DNA of 64,000 nucleotides. Origin: an uncultured Candidatus Saccharibacteria bacterium (lineage in GTDB: Bacteria > Patescibacteriota > Saccharimonadia > Saccharimonadales > CAIOMD01). The notes below the pieces were generated by a model. It was not told the DNA's origin, did not search any database, and was given only the letters and a program-made list of their open reading frames with translations. Below, in pieces: positions 8,405 through 17,592 of the stretch. Where the stretch lies: NCBI GenBank assembly GCA_963716565.1, contig OY970318.1:708284-772283 (forward strand). Reading direction: 5' to 3'. Every line of letters starts with the position of its first letter. The stretch's first letter is position 1. Position numbers and translations under genes: made by a program.

Positions 8405-8989
8405 ATGATTGTGTATATCGATGGCGAAAATGTTGTGCATCAGCTGACGCAGCTACTGGGCAATCCAAAAGTTTCTTCTAGCCGTGATATTTTGCTACGG
8501 CTCAACATTAGAAAACTTCTACAAAAAATATTGAAGGACAAGAATATTAAAATACGCTATTACACAACCGCGCTGCGATTAGTAAAAACAGACCCTATCC
8601 TAGAAAAGAAAAGCCGCGAAATGATGAAATGGAGCGGAGACTGGGCCAATGCTCTAGTTAAGCAAGATATTGCAATTATTAAGGCGGGCAAACTGAAGGT
8701 TAGAGAATCAGAGCCTTGTCCAAGATGTGGGTTTGTAAAATCAGTGTTTCGCGAAAAAGGTGTAGATGTGCGATTAGCGGTAGATATGGTCACAGACTCA
8801 ATGACCGAAAAAAATTTGATAGTTTGGAGTTCTGATGCCGATTTACTGCCGGCCGTGCAAGTGGCCAAGCGAAACGGTGCAAGGGTAAAGAATATTACTA
8901 GCAAAGAGTCGTTGAATTGGGCTTTGGCAAAACAATGCGGTGAGTGGCAGCTGTACGGCAAGTCGGATATTAAAAAGGCAAGTCAATAA
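8405..8989 (+). CDS. NYN/LabA-like (PIN-fold) domain protein with CPRCG zinc-ribbon insert
   Basis: IVYIDGENV..., GVDVRLAVDM and SSDADLLPAV motifs typical of NYN/LabA RNase-like domains. Confidence 0.7.
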   Translation: MIVYIDGENVVHQLTQLLGNPKVSSSRDILLRLNIRKLLQKILKDKNIKIRYYTTALRLVKTDPILEKKSREMMKWSGDWANALVKQDIAIIKAGKLKVRESEPCPRCGFVKSVFREKGVDVRLAVDMVTDSMTEKNLIVWSSDADLLPAVQVAKRNGARVKNITSKESLNWALAKQCGEWQLYGKSDIKKASQ

Positions 8990-10095
8990 TGATTAAGCGA
9001 GATTATTACGAAGTACTAGGTGTGAGCAAAGATGCGAGCGCTGACGAGATTAAAAAGGCGTTTCGCCGCCAGGCCGTGCTTCATCACCCCGATAAAGAGG
9101 GTGGTGACGAGACCAAATTTAAAGAGTTAAACGAAGCTTACGAAGTACTAAAAGACAGCGAAAAACGCCAACGCTACGACCAATTCGGCCACGCCGGTGT
9201 TGGTGGCGCTTCTGGTGGCCCAGGCGCCGGTGGTTTTAATGGTTATAACTTTAACGGCCAAAACATCAACTTTGACTTTGGCGATATGGGACTGGGCGAT
9301 ATATTTAGTAGTTTCTTTGGTGGTGGCGGTGGTGGCCAACAACGTTCTAAAAGCCGTCGAGGCCGCGATGTAGAAGTAGCTATAGAGCTCACCTTTGAAG
9401 AAGCCGTTTTTGGTGTAACTAAAAAAATGAAGCTTAACCTAGAAAGCCAATGCGAACACTGCAAAGGCAGTGGCGCTGAACCTGGTTATGAACTTAAAAC
9501 TTGCCCAACTTGCAAGGGTTCCGGCCAAGTAGTTACCGCTATGCGCACTATTTTTGGCAACATCCAACAGGCGCAAGTTTGCCAAGATTGTAAAGGCCAG
9601 GGCAAAGTACCCGAAAAAGCTTGCAGCGTGTGTGGTGGCGCCGGCATAAAGCGTAAAGATCAAGATTTAGAGCTTAAGATTCCAGCCGGTATTGATGATG
9701 GCGCCACTATTCGTTTGCGCGAACACGGCGAAGCCGTACAAGGCGGCTCAAGGGGCGATTTGTACGTTCACGTAAGGGTAAAGCCGCACAAAAAGTTCAC
9801 TCGCGAAGGCGACTTAATCTTATCGCACGAAGCCGTAGATATGGTCACGGCTGTTTTGGGCGGCCAAATTAAGGTAGATACGGTAGATGGGCCAATTACC
9901 ATAAAAGTACCTGCTGGCACCCAAACTGGCAGCGACTTTAAGCTATCTGGTCACGGTGTACCCCGCCTTAAAAGCGAAAGCCGTGGTGCCCATATTGTGA
10001 CCTTAGATGTAGAAATTCCTACCAAGTTAAGCAAGCGCCAAAAAGAACTACTAGAAGAGTTCAAAACCAGCGAAAAACACGGTATTTTCGGCTAG
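8989..10095 (+). CDS. dnaJ: Molecular chaperone DnaJ
   Basis: J domain with HPD (VLHHPDK), G/F-rich region and four CxxCxG zinc-finger repeats. Confidence 0.97.
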   Translation: MIKRDYYEVLGVSKDASADEIKKAFRRQAVLHHPDKEGGDETKFKELNEAYEVLKDSEKRQRYDQFGHAGVGGASGGPGAGGFNGYNFNGQNINFDFGDMGLGDIFSSFFGGGGGGQQRSKSRRGRDVEVAIELTFEEAVFGVTKKMKLNLESQCEHCKGSGAEPGYELKTCPTCKGSGQVVTAMRTIFGNIQQAQVCQDCKGQGKVPEKACSVCGGAGIKRKDQDLELKIPAGIDDGATIRLREHGEAVQGGSRGDLYVHVRVKPHKKFTREGDLILSHEAVDMVTAVLGGQIKVDTVDGPITIKVPAGTQTGSDFKLSGHGVPRLKSESRGAHIVTLDVEIPTKLSKRQKELLEEFKTSEKHGIFG

Positions 10096-10147
10096 ATTGA
10101 TGTAAGTCTGGACAAATTTAGGCTTAAGCGTAATAATTTCTTTTAGT

Positions 10148-10258
10148 ATGCGCAAAACAAATCAACTGGGCTTTATTCCGATGGTTCTATTAATGCTGGC
10201 CATATTGGTGGCGGTGGTTATTTTTGTATACCTGCGCGTATCTAATGCTAATCAGTAA
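10148..10258 (+). CDS. Small single-pass membrane protein (36 aa), below the ORF-track cutoff
   Basis: Translates to MRKTNQLGFIPMVLLMLAILVAVVIFVYLRVSNANQ. Basic N-terminus followed by one hydrophobic helix, in otherwise empty intergenic DNA. Confidence 0.35.
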   Translation: MRKTNQLGFIPMVLLMLAILVAVVIFVYLRVSNANQ

Positions 10259-10302
10259 AAAGTATTGCCAAAATCGGTAAATTGTGATAGAATAACCTCA
10301 TT

Positions 10303-11151
10303 ATGACTAAGCCTAATATTGCACCAGGTGAAACCTCTGGCCAAGAACCAAAGCCAGAGTTATTTGAGGTTTTAACGACTACCAAATTAACATCTGAGCG
10401 AATTGCCGAAGTTACCCACGAAGTTTTTGAAGGTTATGATTTGCCAAACGGTAAGGTTTTGCATATCGAACAGCGTCATGACCAAAAAGATGGCTTTGTA
10501 AACGACGACAAACGTAATAAGGCCAAAGAGCAAGAGACTGGCGAGATACAAGAAGCTCAATTCTATATTGCTACACCTGCCGATTTTGATAAAGCCAAAG
10601 GTGAAGCCGTGAAGGAAAGAGTAATCTACAAACATACTCCCGACTGGGATAAAGACCCTACCGCAAAAGCTCCTAGAGATGTATTACACCCCTTCTTGGG
10701 ATCGGCAATCACTCAAATACGTAAGGCTCGGAGAGATAGAAAAGATACCTATTTAGAGGAACAAGAAGCAAGCGAACGGGCAGATAAGCGACCGATTGTA
10801 GAATGCCTGATAGCTTATTCTATTGACAGAGTTATAGCTAAAACAAGCGAAGATCAGCCCGTGTCAAAGGACGCATCAGAAGCTGTAAATAAGGCAGAAT
10901 CTTATAATTTAAGAAGCTCATTAAAGCGTCGCTTAGGCAATATGGCTTTAAGTGCAACCCAGAAAATAAACAAACTTTTACGCAGACCCGAACCTTACGA
11001 GGTAATGTTAAGTGAGTTCGCTCGGTATTTTGGAGAAGATAATCCTGCCAGCCTAAGAGAAGATTTAGACCAGCTTACTAATAAGTCAGTGGAATTAATT
11101 CAGGCCTTAGCGAAAGAGGCGACAGTAGAACCGTCAACAGCTGAAGCTTAA
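10303..11151 (+). CDS. Hypothetical soluble, highly charged protein
   Basis: 282-aa ORF directly upstream of the ATP-grasp cluster on the same strand. I recognise no domain. Confidence 0.6.
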   Translation: MTKPNIAPGETSGQEPKPELFEVLTTTKLTSERIAEVTHEVFEGYDLPNGKVLHIEQRHDQKDGFVNDDKRNKAKEQETGEIQEAQFYIATPADFDKAKGEAVKERVIYKHTPDWDKDPTAKAPRDVLHPFLGSAITQIRKARRDRKDTYLEEQEASERADKRPIVECLIAYSIDRVIAKTSEDQPVSKDASEAVNKAESYNLRSSLKRRLGNMALSATQKINKLLRRPEPYEVMLSEFARYFGEDNPASLREDLDQLTNKSVELIQALAKEATVEPSTAEA

Positions 11152-11175
11152 TTCAGATAGCAGGAGACTTAATCA

Positions 11176-12102
11176 ATGAAAGACATTCTGATTTTTTATA
11201 GTTTTAAAAAGCACAAGACGGATTACTACCGTCTGCTTCTTGACCCCTTTGTAAAAGATCAGGCCAAATACGGCCTTAAGTTTTACCAAGGTTCGCTAAA
11301 AGATTTACAGATTGAAATTATAAATAACCAGCTCAAAGTTACCGATTCACTAACTGGCCGAGATATTAAAACTTTTGACGCCGTCTATTTTGAATTATGG
11401 CTAAAAGCTTCGCAGCAAGCTTTGGCCGCTGCTAGCTATTTAAAGCAGCACAACGTGCCATTTATTAGCAAAGAAACGCTGAATACTTTGTGTTACACCA
11501 AAATTGGCGAATTGGCCAGAATGGCTGGTGGTGATGTGCCATTGCCACGTACCTTTATGAGCAGTCACGCCGAAATATTACGCCGTTTTAAAGATAACCT
11601 ACCTTTCAATTACCCGTTTATCGCCAAAGCGGCTGATACTTTTGGTGGCAAGATGAACTATTTGGTTAGGAATTACCAAGAGTTAGAAGCTGCTTTAAAC
11701 GAAAACAAAGACCAGTTCTTTGTTCTGCAAGAATTTATTCCTAACGATTGTGATTACCGCATTTTAGTAATGGGCGGCAAGATTCGCTTAGTAATGCGTC
11801 GTTCTAGGTTGGCAAATTCCGACAGCCACGTTAACAACACTTCGGCTGGCGGTGAAGGCGAATTCGTGCCAATTGATACTCTTAGCCTAAAGATGCAGCA
11901 AGATGCCCTGTTGGCAGCTAAAAAGACCCTGCGCGATGACTTTTCGGGCGTTGATTTAATTGTAGATAAAAATACCGGCAAGCATTACATTTTAGAGATT
12001 AACGAAGCTCCGGCTATTCAGATGGGCGCTAGCCCGGAAGTTAAAATCCCCGTAATGTTAGACTTTTTGAAAGAGCTAGCCCAAGGAAAGGCGGGTAAAT
12101 AA
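11176..12102 (+). CDS. RimK-family ATP-grasp ligase paralog 1
   Basis: ATP-grasp core: DYRILVMGG, NNTSAGGEG, GVDLIVDKNTGKHYILEINEAP. Confidence 0.8.
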   Translation: MKDILIFYSFKKHKTDYYRLLLDPFVKDQAKYGLKFYQGSLKDLQIEIINNQLKVTDSLTGRDIKTFDAVYFELWLKASQQALAAASYLKQHNVPFISKETLNTLCYTKIGELARMAGGDVPLPRTFMSSHAEILRRFKDNLPFNYPFIAKAADTFGGKMNYLVRNYQELEAALNENKDQFFVLQEFIPNDCDYRILVMGGKIRLVMRRSRLANSDSHVNNTSAGGEGEFVPIDTLSLKMQQDALLAAKKTLRDDFSGVDLIVDKNTGKHYILEINEAPAIQMGASPEVKIPVMLDFLKELAQGKAGK

Positions 12103-12103
12103 G

Positions 12104-13480
12104 ATGGTTTCTGACAAATCTCGCATACTATTTGTATTTTCTACGCGCCGTAGCGATACCAGTACAGCCTTTGGTGGTTTTGCCAAAAGGCTTGTTAAGC
12201 GTGGCGGTTTAGAAAATATCGAAATTGACTACGTGGCTTTAGAAGACTTAATGTTCGAAATTAAAACCGGTCGGGTTAAGATAAACGATTTGCATAGTGG
12301 CAAAAGAATCGACAACTATGACTGGGTTTATTTTAAGAGCTGGGAGGGCATGCCCGACCGAGCTGCCGCACTAGCCGAATATTTATTTAACAAAGGCATT
12401 CCTTTTAGCGACCGAGCTGTAATAGAAAAGGGCAATGGCAACAAGTTAGTTTCGCACATGAAGTTTTGGGCTCACGATATTCCCATAGCTAGCACTGTCT
12501 ATTGTGCCCCCAAACACTGGCTAGAAGTTTTGCCTACCATTACTCTTAAATACCCGCTGGTGATTAAAGATGTTGATGGCCAAAAGGGCCGAATGAATTT
12601 TTTGGCAAAAAATTACGACGAAGCCAAAAAGGTATTTGCCGAGAATCCAGAGGTTGAATTTATTGTTCAGCAACACATACCCAACACTCACGATTTAAGA
12701 ATCCAAGTTTATGGCGGCCACGCCGCTTTGGTTATGCAGCGCATGGCTCAAGCCGGTAGCCACCTTAATAACACTTCGGCTGGCGGTGGCGCCAAACTAA
12801 TCCCGCTAAGCAAAATGGATAAGAGCGTTTTAAGACTGGCCGAAAGAGCTGCTACTGCTGTTGGGCTACAAGTTTCTGGTGTTGATGTTATGCCAAACAG
12901 CAAGACGGGCAAACATTACATTCTTGAAGCCAACCAAGGCTCGCAGATTGTAACCGGTAAATTTACTCACGAAAATATGGCGGCTTTTAACAAGTTTGTT
13001 AAGAATCAAGCCAAGCTACGGTTTATTAATAAAGCTGGCAACCGTAAGTTATCTATTATTGGTCGTCACGAGGCTGTTAGCTTGCTAGATTTTGGCATAG
13101 ATAACATTAATGCCAAAGTAGATACTGGGGCCTACCGGTCGTCTATCCATGCCGAAAATATTAAGGTTGTTAAAAAGGGCGGCAAACAGATTTTGACTTT
13201 TCAGATTCCGGCCAATTTGTTTGACGATAATAAACCGAAGACTTTTGAGGTAGAAGATTTTGGAGTTGTTCCAGTAAAAAGAGCTTCTGCTAATAAGCAA
13301 GAAAGGTATACTATAAATACGCGCCTGTACCTTGGCGGCAGAAGGTTTATTACCACTTTTACTTTAAGCGACAGAGGCTCCATGAGATACCCAGTGTTAA
13401 TAGGCCGTCGAGTCATTCGTGGTAGATTTTTAGTTAATACCGAGTTAAGTAAACCAGTACCAGAAAAGGGGAAAAGATAA
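12104..13480 (+). CDS. RimK-family ATP-grasp ligase paralog 2 fused to a C-terminal retropepsin-like (PF05618/RimB-like) domain
   Basis: ATP-grasp core HDLRIQVYGG, NNTSAGGGA, GVDVMPNSKTGKHYILEANQG. The C-terminal ~140 aa carries AKVDTGAYRSSIH and YPVLIGRR. Confidence 0.8.
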   Translation: MVSDKSRILFVFSTRRSDTSTAFGGFAKRLVKRGGLENIEIDYVALEDLMFEIKTGRVKINDLHSGKRIDNYDWVYFKSWEGMPDRAAALAEYLFNKGIPFSDRAVIEKGNGNKLVSHMKFWAHDIPIASTVYCAPKHWLEVLPTITLKYPLVIKDVDGQKGRMNFLAKNYDEAKKVFAENPEVEFIVQQHIPNTHDLRIQVYGGHAALVMQRMAQAGSHLNNTSAGGGAKLIPLSKMDKSVLRLAERAATAVGLQVSGVDVMPNSKTGKHYILEANQGSQIVTGKFTHENMAAFNKFVKNQAKLRFINKAGNRKLSIIGRHEAVSLLDFGIDNINAKVDTGAYRSSIHAENIKVVKKGGKQILTFQIPANLFDDNKPKTFEVEDFGVVPVKRASANKQERYTINTRLYLGGRRFITTFTLSDRGSMRYPVLIGRRVIRGRFLVNTELSKPVPEKGKR

Positions 13481-14382
13481 TGAAGATTGCAATACTATCA
13501 AAAGGTGGCGGCAACTATTCTACACAACGGCTAAAGGCAGTTGCTAAAGAGCGAGGCCACAAAGTCCGCATTATTAACTATGCCAAGTGTTATGTAACCG
13601 TCGAGAAGAACAATCCGGTAGTACATTACAAAGGTGAGCCGCTAATTGGCTTTGATGCCATTATTCCGCGCATTGCCCAAAGCTATACCAAATACGGTAC
13701 AGCCGTGGTGCGACAATTCGAAATGCAGGGTGTTTATACTACTGCCAGCTCTATTGCTATTGTACGCTCGCGTGACAAGTTGAGAGCCTATCAGCTATTA
13801 GCCAAAGCCGGTGTAGGTATTCCTAAAACCGTTTTTGCCCGCGAAACAGCCGACTTCGAAAGCGTTATAGAACAAGCCGGTGGTACACCGCTAATAATTA
13901 AAGTAGCTCGTGGTACGCATGGCAACGGTGTTGTTTTGGCCGAAACTAAAAAAGCGGCTCAAGCTGTAATGCAGGCCTTTAATGTAGAAAACGTGAGCTT
14001 TTTAGTGCAAGAATTTGTTGAAGAATCAGCCGGTACCGACATTAGGGCGTTTGTAGTTGGCAACCGAGTGGTGGCCAGTTATATGCGTCAGAGTTTAGAC
14101 GGCGATTTTCGTTCTAATCTGCACCAAGGTGGTGAAGGTGTAACCGTTAAGCTAACCGAAGAAGAAGTTAAGACTGCTCTTAAAGCGGCTCGAACAATGG
14201 GCTTATCGATTTGTGGTGTAGATTTGATGCGTACCGAAAACGGTCCGCAAGTTTTAGAAGTTAATTCTAGCCCAGGTTTTGGTATAGAAAAAGTAACCGG
14301 CCGAGACGTTGCTACTAAAATAATCGAATATATCGAAAAAAATGCCAAACAAAGACACCGTAAAGACCGTGTTGGCGCCTAG
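13480..14382 (+). CDS. rimK: Ribosomal protein S6 L-glutamate ligase-type RimK (canonical paralog)
   Basis: MKIAILS..., GIPKT, IIKVARGTHGNGVVL, DIRAFVVG, RSNLHQGGEG, GVDLM...GPQVLEVNSSPG. Confidence 0.9.
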   Translation: MKIAILSKGGGNYSTQRLKAVAKERGHKVRIINYAKCYVTVEKNNPVVHYKGEPLIGFDAIIPRIAQSYTKYGTAVVRQFEMQGVYTTASSIAIVRSRDKLRAYQLLAKAGVGIPKTVFARETADFESVIEQAGGTPLIIKVARGTHGNGVVLAETKKAAQAVMQAFNVENVSFLVQEFVEESAGTDIRAFVVGNRVVASYMRQSLDGDFRSNLHQGGEGVTVKLTEEEVKTALKAARTMGLSICGVDLMRTENGPQVLEVNSSPGFGIEKVTGRDVATKIIEYIEKNAKQRHRKDRVGA

Positions 14383-14833
14383 CCGTTTAAAGCGGTTTAC
14401 TCAGTATCTGGCCTTGCTAATGGTGACTATTGCACTTGGGGTTGGTGTCTACTTTTTAGCTGCTGCTAGTAGCCTTGGACGCCGGAACGTGGCGATAGGT
14501 GGTGAGGCTTTTACGCTAGAAGTTGCCAGCGATGACGAATCCAGAGAACAAGGCCTATCGGGCAGGGATAATCTTAGCCAAGGCGCTGGTATGCTATTTG
14601 ATTTTGGCAAACTAGGCGATTGGCAGATCTGGATGAAAGACATGCGCTTTAACATTGACATATTATGGCTAGACGACAATGGCAAAGTCGTTGGTGTTGA
14701 AACTGATGTGTCGCCATCAACATATCCGCAAAATTTTGGGGCTGATAGTCCAAGTCGTTACGTTATTGAATTGCCCGCTGGGACTGCTGAACACCTTGGT
14801 TTACGGGTTGGCAATGCTATAAATCTGCAATAA
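14342..14833 (+). CDS. DUF192 domain protein with N-terminal membrane anchor
   Basis: GMLFDF...WMKDMRFNIDILWLD...YVIELPAG pattern. The start is uncertain: GTG 14366 would shorten the overlap with rimK. Confidence 0.7.
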   Translation: MPNKDTVKTVLAPSRLKRFTQYLALLMVTIALGVGVYFLAAASSLGRRNVAIGGEAFTLEVASDDESREQGLSGRDNLSQGAGMLFDFGKLGDWQIWMKDMRFNIDILWLDDNGKVVGVETDVSPSTYPQNFGADSPSRYVIELPAGTAEHLGLRVGNAINLQ

Positions 14834-14882
14834 TTTTCTATCGTCTAACATCTATTGTCCATCATCCAATCATGTTATTCTT

Positions 14883-15383
14883 ATGTTTATGAACGCGCCA
14901 ATTCTACTGGGCATAATTGCTGTTGCGTTTGGAGCCGCGCCAATTCTACTTGGCAGTAACGCAATTTATATCTTTTTAACCTTGTGCGCTGGAGAAATTC
15001 TAGCGGGCTTGGTGGCCAGTGATCTAACTCAAGTGGCTAGTGGCTTGGTAACTTACAATGTTCCAAAATATAGCATCGTACAGTTGGTTCTGCTTTTAAT
15101 TGTGCCCTTAGTACTGCTAATGATCTTTAAGGGTAGTATTAAAAGTACCACAAAGCGACTTTTGCAGATTGTTCCAGCGGCTGCCTCGGTGATTCTTGGG
15201 TTTATGTTTGTAGTAGAAAAACTGCCTTACGATTTGCAGCAGAAGATAATAGCTAGCGATTTGTATAAAATGGTTGACCCGTTCTTTGGCTTAGCAATGG
15301 CCGCTGGCTTGCTGGGTTCTTTGCTCTATCTATGGACTAAGCGCCCCAAACCCAAAGACGAAAAGAAAAAAGGCAAGAAGTAG
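14883..15383 (+). CDS. Integral membrane protein, unknown function
   Basis: About 4 predicted TM helices and a lysine-rich C-terminal tail. Confidence 0.6.
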   Translation: MFMNAPILLGIIAVAFGAAPILLGSNAIYIFLTLCAGEILAGLVASDLTQVASGLVTYNVPKYSIVQLVLLLIVPLVLLMIFKGSIKSTTKRLLQIVPAAASVILGFMFVVEKLPYDLQQKIIASDLYKMVDPFFGLAMAAGLLGSLLYLWTKRPKPKDEKKKGKK

Positions 15384-15384
15384 T

Positions 15385-16014
15385 TTAAGAAGTCCACTGT
15401 TGCACTATTGGTAAAATGGCGTTGTAGATTATTTCGTGGCCAGTGGAATTTGGATGTACGCCGTCGGCCAACAGTTTTTTATAATCTTGTTTCTTAAATA
15501 GGGAATTAATATCTATTAACGGTAGGCTATTCTGTTCACAAAACTTTTGTAGGACATTGTTAAACTCATCAACTCGGCTATTGGTAAAGCCTTTGTTTCT
15601 TGATGAGCCAATAACAGGGTCTGTCATAGATTCATCAACTGGGCTTAAATTAACGAAAACAACTTTTGACCCATATCTACGAGCTTGCCTAAGCAGTTCT
15701 TTAAGTCCCACTTCATACTCTTCTGCGGAATAAACGTATTCATCTTCTAGCATCATAGAATCATTAATACCGACGGCAATAATAAAGGCATTTTCAATAT
15801 TTGGCCAAACCCTTGCCTTCGTTTCATTTTTGAAACGTCTTAGAAGTTTGTTAATTGTATCGCCATCTACTCCAAGATTAATTGCATGGCCGTAGTCTTT
15901 ATAATCTTTTCTAATAGCATCTTTAATAAGGTAGTTTTTAATGCGATTAGCCCAGCCACCACTACTATCCCAGTTACCCTTAACGATACTGTCGCCGTAA
16001 ACAAAAATGTTCAT
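15385..16014 (-). CDS. SGNH/GDSL hydrolase family protein
   Basis: N-terminal block I motif FVYGDSIVKG and C-terminal DGVHPN block V. Confidence 0.85.
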   Translation of the reverse strand: MNIFVYGDSIVKGNWDSSGGWANRIKNYLIKDAIRKDYKDYGHAINLGVDGDTINKLLRRFKNETKARVWPNIENAFIIAVGINDSMMLEDEYVYSAEEYEVGLKELLRQARRYGSKVVFVNLSPVDESMTDPVIGSSRNKGFTNSRVDEFNNVLQKFCEQNSLPLIDINSLFKKQDYKKLLADGVHPNSTGHEIIYNAILPIVQQWTS

Positions 16015-16044
16015 ATCTTAAAAAGTATATCAGTTTTTATTACC

Positions 16045-17592
16045 CTAAAGGGCGGGTTCGGGCGGCAATGGTTCGTGGGATTCGCGCAGAGGAACTTCTT
16101 TTAAGAAAAGCGAAACCACAAAAGCTGCTGCGGCAAAGATAATAGCTATCAAAAACATATCGCGAAAAGATTTAACAAAGGCTAGCTGAACATTATTAGC
16201 TACGCTAGGCGGCAAGCTACTCAAGTTAGAAGCTTGTTGCATAGAGCCACCAACTTTTATACCACTTGCACCCGGCATGAGTTGTTGCAAATGAACCGCG
16301 AAACGATTAACCATAATAGTCCCAAAGATTGCACCGCCAAAAGATGCGCCGATACTTCTAAAGAATGTGGCAGTAGAAGTAGCAACGCCAATTTCGTCTT
16401 TGCTTACAGCATTTTGAATAGCCAAAACAGTTACCTGCATAAAGGATCCTAGCCCCAAACCGATAATTAACATCCAAATACCCAAGGTAAATTCGCTGGT
16501 GTGAACTTGCAAATGGCTAAATAGCCATAAACCAAGCGCTAAAATAGGCGTGCCAATAACAGGGAAGATTTTATACTTGCCATATTTGGTTATTAATTTG
16601 CCGGAACCAACAGAAGAAATGAAGATGCCAACAACTAACGGCAGCATCATAAGCCCGGATTTAGTTGGCGAATAACCGCGAACGATTTGTTGGTAAACCG
16701 GAATATACAAAATTGAAGCGAACATGGCGATGCCAGACAAAAGTGATAGTAGAGTTGAAACTGTAAAAACTTTATTTTTAAAAAGTCTAAGTGGTAGAAT
16801 CGGCTCTTTGGCGCGTTTTTCCCAAATGGTAAAGGTAACCGCCAGAATAAATCCGCCGACCAATAAGCCAATTATTTGGTTAGAGCCCCAAGTGTAAGTA
16901 TTGCCTCCCCAGACCGTAGCTAGCAACATGCATAATGAAGCCCCTGCAAGTAAGGCAGCGCCCAAATAGTCGATTTTATGTTCTTTTTTATGAATGGGTA
17001 AATGCAACCTAGCGGCTACGGTAATTAAAGCAAAAATGCCCAGCGGGATATTTACAAAGAATATCCAGCGCCAGTTGAAGTAATCTGTTAAGAAGCCACC
17101 CAGCAGTGGCCCAGCTACACTAGCTACGCCCCAAACGGCACCAAAATAACCCATGTAGCGTCCGCGTTGACGGGGCGGAATTATGTCGCCAACTATCGAA
17201 AATACCAAAGCCATCAAGCCACCGCCGCCAATGCCTTGTAGGCCGCGGGCAATGATTAGTTGAAACATATTTTGGGATAGACCGCAGAGTACCGAGCCTA
17301 CTAAAAAGATAATGATTGCCGTTTGGAATATTCTTTTACGGCCAAACAAATCGCTAATCTTACCGTAAATTGGCGTAACGATGGCGCTGGTTAGAAGGTA
17401 AGCGGTAGCTACCCAAGAAAGTTTGTCTAAGCTTTGCAGATCGGCGGCAATTTTAGGCAGGGCGGTAGAAACAATGGTTTGGTCTAGGGCGCCCAATAAC
17501 AGCACTGTCATTAAAGCGCTAATTATCACCAGAATTTCTTGGTGCGAATAATGAGTCTTTGCTTGGGGTGCAGAGCTAGTTTTTACTGTCAT
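16045..17592 (-). CDS. MFS transporter, DHA2 (EmrB/QacA-like, 14-TM) drug:H+ antiporter family
   Basis: 515 aa with motif A GKISDLFGRKR and a 14-TM layout. Confidence 0.85.
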   Translation of the reverse strand: MTVKTSSAPQAKTHYSHQEILVIISALMTVLLLGALDQTIVSTALPKIAADLQSLDKLSWVATAYLLTSAIVTPIYGKISDLFGRKRIFQTAIIIFLVGSVLCGLSQNMFQLIIARGLQGIGGGGLMALVFSIVGDIIPPRQRGRYMGYFGAVWGVASVAGPLLGGFLTDYFNWRWIFFVNIPLGIFALITVAARLHLPIHKKEHKIDYLGAALLAGASLCMLLATVWGGNTYTWGSNQIIGLLVGGFILAVTFTIWEKRAKEPILPLRLFKNKVFTVSTLLSLLSGIAMFASILYIPVYQQIVRGYSPTKSGLMMLPLVVGIFISSVGSGKLITKYGKYKIFPVIGTPILALGLWLFSHLQVHTSEFTLGIWMLIIGLGLGSFMQVTVLAIQNAVSKDEIGVATSTATFFRSIGASFGGAIFGTIMVNRFAVHLQQLMPGASGIKVGGSMQQASNLSSLPPSVANNVQLAFVKSFRDMFLIAIIFAAAAFVVSLFLKEVPLRESHEPLPPEPAL

